Shown one piece after another: positions 16,070-25,136 of a stretch of DNA of 64,000 nucleotides. The position numbers and the translations under genes were made by a program. Source of the DNA: Candidatus Korobacteraceae bacterium. Its GTDB lineage: Bacteria > Acidobacteriota > Terriglobia > Terriglobales > Acidobacteriaceae. Location of the stretch: assembly GCA_049519595.1 (NCBI GenBank), contig JBEKQP010000001.1:3399-67398 (forward strand), in the 5' to 3' direction. Under the pieces are notes generated by a model. The model had not been told where the DNA came from, ran no database searches, and saw nothing but the letters and a program-made list of their open reading frames with translations. The stretch's first letter is position 1. Every line of letters begins with the position of its first letter.

Positions 16070-16898
16070 GGGCTGCTCCTGCCTTTAGTGCCTCGGGGTT
16101 CGTTATGCGGCCAAGTCCGAAGTTTGTCTTGGCGCGGATCAATTTGAAACCTAGTCGCTGCAGGATGGGTGCCACGTCATTCTCTTCGCCATTGTCGTCG
16201 CAGCGCACCCCGGTCGCGATTGCGACCACGGTCTTCACCTGCTTCTCGACCTCGCGAACCACCCCGAGAATCTCTTCCAGGCGGTCGATCTTAACCAGAA
16301 CTTCAATGATGGCCGAGAGTATCTTCTCATTGAGAATCTCCGGCTGAAGGGCGCCAGTCGAAGGGTCTGGCATGAGCGTGGTGACGGGATTGTTCTTCTC
16401 GAAAGCCACGCCAATCTTGGCCAGCGCCATCGTCATCTTCTGGATGTCGTACATGCGAACCCCAACGCCGGGGCGGCCGAGTTCGATGGTGAAGTTAACC
16501 TCACCGCGTTTCACCCGTCCGGTCAGGTCGTTGGTCTTGACTTCTTCTGTCCCGCGGCCGCGGACCCCGGTCGATTCGTGCGGCACCAGCGGGTCAGAGA
16601 ACGCGCGCCGTATCTGGCGCGGCCATGTCAGCTCGTCGGGCGTCAGCGCAGAAGTTGGACAAACGTCGGGTTCGGGATCGAAGCGCAGACGCGCCATCTT
16701 GAACAAGCGGCGCACCAGCCTCACTACCGTGGGGTTGAGGTGCTCCTTGCTCATGCCGTTGTAACAGCTATAGCATTCCACGCATTCGTCACTCTCCACG
16801 GTCGCCCGGTTAATCGCCTGGTCGACGTAGATCGCGCCCATTGGACACACATAAGTGCAGTTGCCGCAGGCCACGCATTTTTTCTGGTCTATGATCAC
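16062..16898 (-). CDS. 2x[4Fe-4S] ferredoxin-domain protein with an unrecognised 170-aa C-terminal domain
   Basis: CVACGNCTYVCP and CVECYSC...DVCP cluster motifs at the N-terminus. Confidence 0.8.
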   Translation of the reverse strand: MIIDQKKCVACGNCTYVCPMGAIYVDQAINRATVESDECVECYSCYNGMSKEHLNPTVVRLVRRLFKMARLRFDPEPDVCPTSALTPDELTWPRQIRRAFSDPLVPHESTGVRGRGTEEVKTNDLTGRVKRGEVNFTIELGRPGVGVRMYDIQKMTMALAKIGVAFEKNNPVTTLMPDPSTGALQPEILNEKILSAIIEVLVKIDRLEEILGVVREVEKQVKTVVAIATGVRCDDNGEENDVAPILQRLGFKLIRAKTNFGLGRITNPEALKAGAAHD

Positions 16899-17058
16899 AA
16901 TTGGACCTCACACACTACCAACCACTTGTTCCTTGACACTCCAGTATCGACGACAATCTAGCGGATGGAACTTTATAAAATTGTCGCAAATACCACACCA
17001 AAGTACAAGCTGAAACCGCCTTCGCAAGCCATCTCCGCAGCCATCGATCACGTCAAGG

Positions 17059-17074
17059 TGTGACGCCGATCACT
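17059..17074. promoter_or_regulatory. near-consensus CRP/FNR-family box TGTGA-CGCCGA-TCACT
   Basis: Read directly. Lies in the divergent region between the ferredoxin operon (start 16898, minus strand) and the Crp-family gene (start 17373, plus strand). Confidence 0.45.
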
Positions 17075-17123
17075 AGCGAATGTGTCATCCAGCCGGTCGC
17101 CCATCATGCGTCGAGGCTCGGAC

Positions 17124-17333
17124 GGGTGCCCCACTCTTTCGCCTGCTCTTGGCGAAGGGTGGGGTAGTCTTCTTTGGCGGAACAAATATGACCGCTCAGA
17201 ATTTCATGCGACCAATTCATGACTGTCATTCCGAGCGAGCGGCGCTTCGCCGCGAGTCGAGGAACCTTGTGTTTTCCGTTGTCATTCTGGCCCGGTGCTC
17301 CACGTTCGCCCGAGGTTCGCTAACGTGGGGTAG
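17124..17333. repeat. REP-A / REP-B / REP-A cluster
   Basis: REP-A at 17124..17166, REP-B variant ctgtcattccgagcgagcgg... at 17223..17266, and REP-A at 17294..17333. Confidence 0.75.
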
Positions 17334-17372
17334 CTTTTTCCGACGCAACCCCCGCCGCGCTACAATCGTTCC

Positions 17373-18074
17373 ATGCCGACCAGCACGCGCGATTTCGAAA
17401 AGACGCTAAGAGGCGCTCCGCTGTTTGCGGGGCTTACGGATGCGCAGTTCAATGTACTGGCATCGCGGCTCGTCGAGCGCAACTTCAACGCCGGAGAGAT
17501 GATCTTTCAAGAGGGCCAGCCTTGCGCCGGAATGTTTATCATCCAGTCGGGGAGCGTGAGAATCTTCAAGAATTCTTCTACTGGCCGCGAACAGGTACTC
17601 TCGATCGAAGGTGCGGGAGCATCAATTGCCGAACTCCCCGTGTTCGACGGCGGCGCCTATCCTGCCTCCTCGCAGACGCTCGTCAGGAGCAGCCTGCTCT
17701 TTCTCAGCAAGCAAGATTTTCACGCTCTTTGCATGCGACACCCGGAAGTCTCGCTCAAGGTTTTAGCCAAAGTCGGTGCAAGGCTGCGGCAGTTGGTTGG
17801 CATCATCGAGGATCTCTCGTTCACCACCGTGCGCCATCGTCTTGCCGCGCTGCTCTTGCGGATGGCGCGCGCGGAGGGCCGCCAGACGCCCGCCGGAACC
17901 GAAATCGTTCTTGCTGCCTCCAATCAGGATATCGCCGCGCAAATCGGAACCGTTCGCGAACTTGTCTCGCGCAATCTCAGCCGCTTCCAAAGTGAAGGCC
18001 TGCTTCACCTCGACGGAAGAACCGTGCTCATTCCCAACCTCGACCGCCTTGAACAGGAGATCGGCGAACCGTAG
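17373..18074 (+). CDS. Crp/Fnr-family transcriptional regulator (no N-terminal Cys cluster)
   Basis: cNMP-binding fold (GEMIFQEGQPCAGMFIIQSGSVRI) and HTH (SNQDIAAQIGTVRELVSRNLSRFQSEG). Confidence 0.9.
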   Translation: MPTSTRDFEKTLRGAPLFAGLTDAQFNVLASRLVERNFNAGEMIFQEGQPCAGMFIIQSGSVRIFKNSSTGREQVLSIEGAGASIAELPVFDGGAYPASSQTLVRSSLLFLSKQDFHALCMRHPEVSLKVLAKVGARLRQLVGIIEDLSFTTVRHRLAALLLRMARAEGRQTPAGTEIVLAASNQDIAAQIGTVRELVSRNLSRFQSEGLLHLDGRTVLIPNLDRLEQEIGEP

Positions 18075-18090
18075 AGCCAGTGTGCCCCAG

Positions 18091-18130
18091 GGTGGTCCAT
18101 TCAAGCCGTCTGTTGGCTTGAGTGGGGCGG
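18091..18130. repeat. REP-A hairpin element
   Basis: ggtggtccattcaagccgtctgttggcttgagtggggcgg. Confidence 0.85.
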
Positions 18131-18194
18131 CTCCGTTGCCGCTCGATGTCCCGCCATGTGGGGTGTACAATCCGGCTGTTGTGCTACCGCCTTT

Positions 18195-18701
18195 ATGAGC
18201 GACCTCTCCAGTTTGCCGCCCGACTTCACGCCGCCGCACGCAACTGAACCAACGCCGCCTCCCGTGCTTTTGCCGGAGCCTACGCGCGATGAGCGCACGC
18301 TGGGCATGCTGGCTCATGTGCTGCAGATTGTTTCCTGGCTGATCGCTCCGCTCATCATCTTTTTTCTGGTGCGCAAAGATTCTCGTTTTGTGCGCTATCA
18401 CGCGCTGCAGGCGGTGTTTTTCCAGTTGCTGGTGATGCTGGTCTGGGGCGCAACCTTGCTGGCTCTTTTCGCCGGATTCTTTGCCGCCCTCGCGCACCAC
18501 AGAGGAGCCGTTGGGCCGGCTGCCATCGCTTTCCCCATTCTTTTTTTTGTGATCTTCTGGGGCGGCGGCGCCCTCACTTGGTTCCTGAACCTGGTGCTCG
18601 GCATTGTCTATGGCTTGCGGGCAAACAATGGCGAGTGGGCAGGCTATCCCGGCATCAAGTATCTGGCGGCGAAGGTCGCCGGCGTGGAACTGCCTCACTA
18701 A
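18195..18701 (+). CDS. DUF4870-like small membrane protein
   Basis: ERTLGMLAHVLQIVSWLIAPLIIFFLVRKDSRFVRYHALQAVFFQL. Start taken as ATG 18195 (the ORF opens at 18156). Confidence 0.7.
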   Translation: MSDLSSLPPDFTPPHATEPTPPPVLLPEPTRDERTLGMLAHVLQIVSWLIAPLIIFFLVRKDSRFVRYHALQAVFFQLLVMLVWGATLLALFAGFFAALAHHRGAVGPAAIAFPILFFVIFWGGGALTWFLNLVLGIVYGLRANNGEWAGYPGIKYLAAKVAGVELPH

Positions 18702-18800
18702 CCTTCGCCCAGCCCGGGTTGCGGGCTTAAGACGGTCCGGCGACGCATCCCACGCCGTTGCCCAATAGGCCAGGGTATTGGATCGGCATCTGCCCGCAGC

Positions 18801-19865
18801 TCAATCGCCCGCCGCCTGAAACAGCGATAACTGAACCGCAGATACGTCCTGCATGTGCGTCACGCGTGGGCGCGGCTCCCGCTCAAAGGCGATTCCGTAT
18901 TTCTCCCGCAGCTTCGCCATGCGCTTCGAAATGTCGCGATGGTAGGCTTCGGAGACGAAAGCGCGGCTGGCATACCGCTCCTGATATTGCTTGACCAGGG
19001 CAGGGAACTCCTTTTCGAGAAAGGGCAGAAAGACCGCGGCCGAGCATGGCTTAAGGAACAGCGGGTTGGCGAATATGTTCTTTCCGCCCGCCGCTTTGGT
19101 GGCCGCGACCAGCGCTTCCAGCGATTCCTCTGAATCGGTTATGCCCGGCAACACCGGCGCGCAGATTACGCCTGCGTCAATCCCTGCCCGGTTCAGCTCC
19201 TTTACTGCATCCATGCGCAGATCAGGCCTCGGGGCGCGCGGCTCAAGCAGGCGGGCCAGCCTGGCATCCAGCGTCGTAATCGTCACGTTGACATAGAGGC
19301 GGTTCTGCTCCGCCACCCGCTGCAACACCTCGCAATCGCGCAGAATCAGGTCTGACTTGGTGACGATGCCGATCTCGAACCCCTTGTGCTGGGCCAGCTC
19401 CTCCAGTATCTCCCGCGTGACGCGTTGGTGGCGCTCGGCGGGCTGGTAGGGATCAGTCGCGGTGCCGATAGCGATGGCTTCGCCGCGTTTCACCCGTCGC
19501 AGCTCTCGGCGCAGCAACCACGCTGCCTGCTGCTTGATGTAAATCTTGCGTTCAAAGTCGAGGCCGTCGCGCATCTCCATGAACTCGTGCGTGTAGCGCG
19601 CATAGCAGTATTTGCAGGCGAATTCGCAGCCTCTATAGGGATTGATCGTCCACTTGAACGGCATGCGAGGCGCGTCGCAACGGTTCAGCAACGAGCGCGA
19701 CTCCAGCGTGAAATATTGCACGTTGTGCCCGGGACGCACGAACTCTCCCTGAGCGGCCAGCCGGGCAATTCCAACCAAGCCGCTGCCCGGCTGCAGGGTC
19801 TGTTCTTCCTCGTCAACCAAGTGGAAGAGGTACGAATTGTGGAGGGCGGGCATCGAGGGTTTCAT
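18801..19865 (-). CDS. radical SAM protein, SplB/COG1533-like (DNA photolyase-like family)
   Basis: The CEFACKYCYAR CxxxCxxC motif sits in the expected N-terminal position. Confidence 0.8.
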   Translation of the reverse strand: MKPSMPALHNSYLFHLVDEEEQTLQPGSGLVGIARLAAQGEFVRPGHNVQYFTLESRSLLNRCDAPRMPFKWTINPYRGCEFACKYCYARYTHEFMEMRDGLDFERKIYIKQQAAWLLRRELRRVKRGEAIAIGTATDPYQPAERHQRVTREILEELAQHKGFEIGIVTKSDLILRDCEVLQRVAEQNRLYVNVTITTLDARLARLLEPRAPRPDLRMDAVKELNRAGIDAGVICAPVLPGITDSEESLEALVAATKAAGGKNIFANPLFLKPCSAAVFLPFLEKEFPALVKQYQERYASRAFVSEAYHRDISKRMAKLREKYGIAFEREPRPRVTHMQDVSAVQLSLFQAAGD

Positions 19866-20007
19866 CTTCGCTTTTTATTCGCTATCAGAGCTTAGCCTCG
19901 GCGCATAGCCGTGTCAAGTGGCGGAAGGTAACCGGCAAGGTTCCGGACCTTATTTCTTTGCAGCACCAGCCACCTGCAAGCCCTTTAGAACTGCCTCAGT
20001 TTACGGT

Positions 20008-20226
20008 TGTCATCCTGAGCGCAGCGAAGGATCCCAGTGGGCTGTCCTAATTCGCGCCACGTCAGGCTTTCTGACCTGAACGCCGAACCCTCCCGAGTGT
20101 CATCCCGACGGCAGCGAAATCAAAAAACTTCGCGAGTGTCATCCTGAGCGCAGCGAAGGATCTGCTGTTCGGCCGATCCAGCGTGCTGGCCGGTGGCCCC
20201 TTCCGTTTTGTTGGCTGAGTGGGGCA
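20008..20226. repeat. REP-B x3 plus a REP-A array
   Basis: REP-B at 20008..20034, 20097..20121 and 20136..20167. REP-A at 20192..20226. Confidence 0.8.
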
Positions 20227-20578
20227 ATATTGCACCCCGGTCGCTCACCTGGGTGGGAAATGCGACGTCGCCGACTGCTGACGCACAGCTTCCAGAGCGG
20301 GACCGTGCAGGGTAGCAGATTGCATTTGGAGGTAAAGCGGTTGCGGTTGTTGGGGAGGGGTGTGGGGCAACACCCCTCGATGTTCGTTACCGCAGTTCCC
20401 CTGGCAACGGGAGTACACACCCAGCTCCTATGCCGAACTGATTATCGACCAAGCATGTTGCGGCCTGCACATTACTTTGGTGCCATAAGGTCCATCTCAA
20501 GTTGAGCCTGGTTCTGCAAGCGAAGATGCCCTTCTTCGACGCCACGCCGTCCCGCCCCACGCTTTTCATCTACTGGGG

Positions 20579-21595
20579 CTACTTCGCTCTGGGATGCGTC
20601 TTGTCGTAGACGTCCATCACCTTGCGCGTGGAGAGCTGCGTATAGCGTTGCGTGGTGGCCAGCCGTTCGTGTCCAAGCAACTCCTGGATCGAGCGCAGGT
20701 CCGCGCCTTCCTCCAGCAGATGCGTCCCAAACGCGTGCCGCAGTGTGTGCGGATGCACCTCGGGCGATAATCCATTGGCAACCGCGATGGACTTCACGAT
20801 GCGCCCGACGCTGCGCGTTGTCAGGCGCTTGCCCCGCAGATTGAGGATCAGTGCCGGCGTCTTTGTTGGCCACTCCTGCAGCACCCGTTGACGCGCGTGC
20901 AGATAATTGCGCAATACCCAATCGGCCTTGTCTCCGAACGGCACCAGGCGCTCTTTCTTGCCTTTGCCCCGCACCATGATCCCCTGCTGGCTCCAATAGA
21001 TGTGTTCGACGTTGATGCCGGTCAGCTCCGAGTTCCGGATTCCGCACCCGTAGAGCAGTTCGAGAATCAGTTTGTCGCGCTCGGGAAACGCTGCCTCTTC
21101 AGGCTGTGGCGTATCGAGCACGCGGTTCATCTCTTCGATGGTGGGCACGCGCGGCAATTTTTTCGGAAGCTTCGGCGTGGACACCAGCAGCGCCGGATTC
21201 TGCTTCACCAATTTTTCACGCGCCAGAAATTTGAACAGCGAACGCACTGCGGCAAGCGCCCGCGCCACCGAGGGCTTGGTCAGTCCGTGGTCATAAAGAT
21301 GAGAGAGAAAACCGCGAATCCGAACGTGGTCGACCGCCTCCCACGCGTTCCGGCCAGAATCAGGATCAAGATCACGATGAAGATAAGCCGAAAACTGGTC
21401 CAGATTCGTCTTGTACGCCTTGATCGTGTGCGGCGAGGCATTCTTCTCGCGCAGTGAACGCAGAAACTGAGCCACGTCGCGCGCCACCCTCGACTGCTTA
21501 CCCGCCTTCACCGGCGCGTTCTCGGCCGCCGCTGATCCTTTCACCGTAGCGCCCGCCTTTTTGGCCGTTGACTCTTTCCCCAAAACTTCCTTCAT
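20579..21595 (-). CDS. xerC: tyrosine site-specific recombinase, XerC-like
   Basis: SAM-like N-domain ([25 protein letters not shown]) and catalytic [37 protein letters not shown]. Confidence 0.8.
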   Translation of the reverse strand: MKEVLGKESTAKKAGATVKGSAAAENAPVKAGKQSRVARDVAQFLRSLREKNASPHTIKAYKTNLDQFSAYLHRDLDPDSGRNAWEAVDHVRIRGFLSHLYDHGLTKPSVARALAAVRSLFKFLAREKLVKQNPALLVSTPKLPKKLPRVPTIEEMNRVLDTPQPEEAAFPERDKLILELLYGCGIRNSELTGINVEHIYWSQQGIMVRGKGKKERLVPFGDKADWVLRNYLHARQRVLQEWPTKTPALILNLRGKRLTTRSVGRIVKSIAVANGLSPEVHPHTLRHAFGTHLLEEGADLRSIQELLGHERLATTQRYTQLSTRKVMDVYDKTHPRAK

Positions 21596-21610
21596 CGATG
21601 CGCCTGCTTC

Positions 21611-21929
21611 CTGTCATTCCGAGCGTAACAAAATCAAAAACCTCCCGGCGGGTGCCCCATTCAAGCCTTCTGTTGGCTTGAGTGGGGTAGTTCCTTCTGC
21701 CGCCGTTACCATCCAGTTCGACACTCACCGCTCTGTTTACGGCTGTCATCGCTGAGCGTAATGAAATCAAAAAATCTCCCGACTGTCATCCCGAGCGCAG
21801 CGAAGGATCCCAGGGGGCTGTCCTAATCCGCGCCACGTCAGGCTTTCTGACCAACCGCCGAACCTTCGCGAGTGTCATCCTGAGCGGCGGGTGGCCCATT
21901 CAAGCCTTCTTTTGGCTTGAGTGGGGTAG
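21611..21929. repeat. REP-B x4 / REP-A x2 array between the two recombinase genes
   Basis: REP-B at 21611..21635, 21743..21768, 21783..21810 and 21871..21887. REP-A at 21651..21690 and 21890..21929. Confidence 0.8.
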
Positions 21930-22060
21930 TTTCACCGCTGGCATTCACGCAGCCACCCGCCCAATCAACATCTCAGTCTCATCGGATAATTGTCACTAAC
22001 AGGCCATATCCCAGTTCCAATCCCCATGCTCTGCTCAAATTTCTCTTGCGGTACTAGCCC

Positions 22061-23011
22061 TCACTTCACCACTGGCCCCTTCGCCCGCGGATGAAACTCG
22101 CGATACACATTCTTCAACCGATCTATCGCCAGGTGCGTGTATATCTGCGTGGTCGAGATGTCGGCGTGTCCCAGGATGGTCTGCACTGTACGCAGGTCCG
22201 CTCCATTCTCGACCATGTGGGTTGCGGCGCTGTGTCGCAGCATGTGCGGACTCGCATGCGGCCCGGTTTGCGCCGAGCTGGCTGAGACGATCTGCCAGAC
22301 GCGCTCCCGCGTCAGCCGTCGCGCACCGCGGCCAATGAACAGAAACGCTGATTGCTTCTCACCTGCCAGCGTCGAACGCGCGGTCAGATAGCTGGAAATC
22401 GCGCCCAATGCGGCCTGGCCAAGCGGCACGATGCGTTCCTTGTCTCCCTTGCCGCGCACCAGAACATAGCCAAGATCAAGTTTCACGTCTTCCATGCGCA
22501 GACCAACCACTTCGGAAGCGCGCAGGCCGCCTGCGTAGAGCACTTCCAGCATGGCGCGGTTGCGTAGATTCAGTTCGTGCCCGCACTTCGCCTTCGGAGC
22601 GGTGATGTCGCTCCGTTCCAGCAGATGCTCAACCTCCGCGCGGCCCAGCGACTTGGGCAGAACCTTCCACTGCCGGGGCGAATCGATATCGAGGGTCGGG
22701 TCGTGCTTGGTGTGCCGGTCCAGCAGCAGAAACCTGTAGCACTGCCGCAAGCTGGAAAGTTTGCGCGCAACCGTGCGTCCGTCGGCCCCTTCGGCAAACA
22801 GCCAGTCGAGAAAGTCCCTGACATCCTGGCGCTGCGCCTGAGCCAGCCCGCGCTTGCGGCTCTCGAGAAACGCAATCCACTTTTTCAGATCGCCGGCATA
22901 GGACTCAATCGACAGACGGGCGAGGCCGCGTTCAACTTTGAGGTATTCGCAGAATGACGAAAGCAGTTGCGTATCTTCCCGTGCGCGGCCCATGCAATCC
23001 AGTATGCGCAT
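22061..23011 (-). CDS. xerD: tyrosine site-specific recombinase, XerD-like
   Basis: FCEYLKVERGLARLSIESYAGDLKKW and HMLRHSAATHMVENGADLRTVQTILGHADISTTQIYTHL. Confidence 0.8.
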   Translation of the reverse strand: MRILDCMGRAREDTQLLSSFCEYLKVERGLARLSIESYAGDLKKWIAFLESRKRGLAQAQRQDVRDFLDWLFAEGADGRTVARKLSSLRQCYRFLLLDRHTKHDPTLDIDSPRQWKVLPKSLGRAEVEHLLERSDITAPKAKCGHELNLRNRAMLEVLYAGGLRASEVVGLRMEDVKLDLGYVLVRGKGDKERIVPLGQAALGAISSYLTARSTLAGEKQSAFLFIGRGARRLTRERVWQIVSASSAQTGPHASPHMLRHSAATHMVENGADLRTVQTILGHADISTTQIYTHLAIDRLKNVYREFHPRAKGPVVK

Positions 23012-23046
23012 TATCGGACATAGCTGCGATAACCAGAAGGGTGCTT

Positions 23047-23775
23047 TTAGCCCACCTTTTGAGCCACCAGGCTCAACTTGCGCAGCACATCCACCGCATG
23101 CAGCGGGCTCTCGGGACTCTCTAAATGCTTGAAAAAGCCGTAGATCTCGTCGGTGTGTCCGGAAATCCTTGCCAAGTCCGTGACGATCGACGCGCGCTCG
23201 CTGGAGTTGTAATCGGGTTTCCGGTAACGAAAGTAAACAAACTTCGCGGTGATCACTTCAGGTGTGGCGAGCGTCTCGCTTTCGGCAATGCAGAGGGCCG
23301 CGCGATACGCGCGCAAAACTTTGTAAACGCTGTCCTGAAACCACGACTCGTCGCGAAATTCGAAGGCGGCTTTCAAACTTCGCGGCAGCATCGCGAGAAA
23401 CGAACCGAGCCCCTCCGGGTCCGCCTTGAAGAGCCCGGGAAGCTGGAATAGCACCGGCCCGAGGCGGCGTGCGGCCGCCAGTGGTTGGATCGAAGAGAGA
23501 AAGCGCAGCAGCGGCTCATCTACGTTTCTAAGGCGATGAAAGTGTGTGATTGACTGGTGCGCCTTGAGAACGAAGCGGAAGCTTTCGGGAGTTTCGGCCA
23601 GCCAGTTCGCAATGGTCTTTTCCGAAAGCAGATGGCGAAAGGTGTAATTAACCTCAACCGCGTTGAGCTGCGTCGCGTAATAGTGCAAGAACTGCTTCTG
23701 AGGCAGCTTGGGAGGGAAGAAGTCGGGCTGCCAAGCCTTGTAGGCCCAACCGGAAGTACCGATGTAAATCTCCAT
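23047..23775 (-). CDS. DUF72 (YecE-like) family protein
   Basis: MEIYIGTSGWAYKAWQPDFFP...VEVNYTFRHL. Start moved to ATG 23775 (GGAGG upstream). The ORF opens at 23826. Confidence 0.85.
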   Translation of the reverse strand: MEIYIGTSGWAYKAWQPDFFPPKLPQKQFLHYYATQLNAVEVNYTFRHLLSEKTIANWLAETPESFRFVLKAHQSITHFHRLRNVDEPLLRFLSSIQPLAAARRLGPVLFQLPGLFKADPEGLGSFLAMLPRSLKAAFEFRDESWFQDSVYKVLRAYRAALCIAESETLATPEVITAKFVYFRYRKPDYNSSERASIVTDLARISGHTDEIYGFFKHLESPESPLHAVDVLRKLSLVAQKVG

Positions 23776-23822
23776 AGATTTGATTTGCCTCCGATTGAGA
23801 TTCGCCGCGTGACCCTGGGCGC

Positions 23823-24965
23823 TCACGCCGGACGACGCTTGCTTGTGGTCGAGCGGCCTCGCGGTTTAGCGCTCTTCACGCCCTTGCTCGCGAGCCGCAG
23901 CTTACCCGCAATGGGCGCGTCCCGCTTTGCTTGCGTTAGTTGCTCAGGAACGGCGCCGCGTCGCTCGCCTGCCGTCGCGCTTTTTTTCGATGCAGCTCGC
24001 GATCTTGGGATGAGCCCGGCGGCGTCGCCAGCGGCGGACAGTTTGCGCAACTCGTCGAGCGCGGGAAGCTTCTGCCGCAGCTTCAAGATCGGCGCAAATA
24101 AGTCCCCTAGTTTTTCGCTGCGTGAAAGAACCTGGCCAGAGTCAAAGACGAGCAGCTCCGGATCACGTTTTTGCAAGCAGCGTTCCACTTCATCCCATTT
24201 CACAGGGGCCGATACGGTAGGGCGCGCCTTGGCGCGCAAGGAGTAAACGCAAACCGTCGTCTTGTGGTCGTCGTTCTGACTCCAATCGACAAAGACCTTT
24301 CCACCCCTGAGGTTTTTCTTCATCTCGCTCACCACCAGGTCCGGGTGCTGCCGTTCAAGTGTGCGCGCCAACTCATGCGCCAGGGGCTTGGTCTCATCGT
24401 AAGTAACCGCGCTGTTCAGGGGAACGTAGACCTGCAATCCTTTGGAGCCGGAAGTCTTGGGGAAACTCTCGAGTCCAAGCCGGTCAAAAATCGCTCGCAC
24501 CCAAAGCGCGACTTGGCAGCACTGCACGATGTCGGCCGGCTCTCCCGGATCGAGATCGAACACAATCATGGTGGGGCGCAAGATGTCGGCGGCCCGTGAC
24601 AAGGACGTGTGCAGCTCGATGTCTGCCAAGTTCGCGCACCACACCAGCGTGGCGAGATCCTGGACCAAGCAGTACTTCATCCACGTGTTGTTTCCCTCGC
24701 TCCAAACGGGGGCCGTCTGCACCCACTCGGGACGATGACGAGGACAGTTCTTTTCGTAGAAGTACATTCCCGTAACGCCATTCGGGTAGCGTTTGAGCGT
24801 CAGCGGTCGCCCCTCCAGGTGCGGCAGAAGCACGGGCGCAATGCGCGCGTAATAGTCAATGATCTGCCCCTTCGTGAACCCGGCTTCGGGATAAAGTACC
24901 TTCCCGAGGTTTGAAAGGCGCACCGTTCGTCCTTCGATTTCGACTACTGTTTCGTCTTGTGCCAC
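23823..24965 (-). CDS. stand-alone LigD-type primase-polymerase (NHEJ polymerase domain) with a basic C-terminal tail
   Basis: VEIEGRTVRLSNLGKVLYPEAGFTKGQIIDYYARIAPVLLPHLEGRPLTLKRYPNGV...FYEKN. The last 90 or so aa are rich in K, R, A and S. No ligase or Ku gene is present in the window. Confidence 0.85.
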   Translation of the reverse strand: MAQDETVVEIEGRTVRLSNLGKVLYPEAGFTKGQIIDYYARIAPVLLPHLEGRPLTLKRYPNGVTGMYFYEKNCPRHRPEWVQTAPVWSEGNNTWMKYCLVQDLATLVWCANLADIELHTSLSRAADILRPTMIVFDLDPGEPADIVQCCQVALWVRAIFDRLGLESFPKTSGSKGLQVYVPLNSAVTYDETKPLAHELARTLERQHPDLVVSEMKKNLRGGKVFVDWSQNDDHKTTVCVYSLRAKARPTVSAPVKWDEVERCLQKRDPELLVFDSGQVLSRSEKLGDLFAPILKLRQKLPALDELRKLSAAGDAAGLIPRSRAASKKSATAGERRGAVPEQLTQAKRDAPIAGKLRLASKGVKSAKPRGRSTTSKRRPA

Positions 24966-25136
24966 GAAGACATTAGATGCGATCCAGATGTGCGCTTACC
25001 AGCTGGCGAGGCCAAAAACCAGAGATGGCCTGTTACTCTGCGATGCGGATACCAGGCGAAACCGACCTACTGTAGTGGCGTGCAATTACCCTGCGATTTT
25101 CGCAACTCGTCGTATCCGGTGGCCATCCAAGCGCTT

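Noticed and set aside
17763-18698. 311-aa minus-strand ORF spanning the end of the crp-like gene, a REP element and the DUF4870 gene
   Set aside because: It crosses an intergenic REP hairpin and two well-supported plus-strand genes. Its composition is low-complexity Arg/Gly/Ala, so it is a shadow ORF.
19990-21930. Repeat arrays considered as a possible CRISPR array
   Set aside because: The repeats belong to two different families, in mixed orientation and with irregular spacing. Some of the 'spacers' are themselves repeated, and no cas genes are present.
20579-23011. The two tyrosine recombinases considered as markers of an integrative or mobile element
   Set aside because: Both look like Xer-type housekeeping recombinases. 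There is no cargo, no flanking direct repeats apart from REPs, no tRNA target and no compositional shift. The clustering itself is kept as a low-interest finding.
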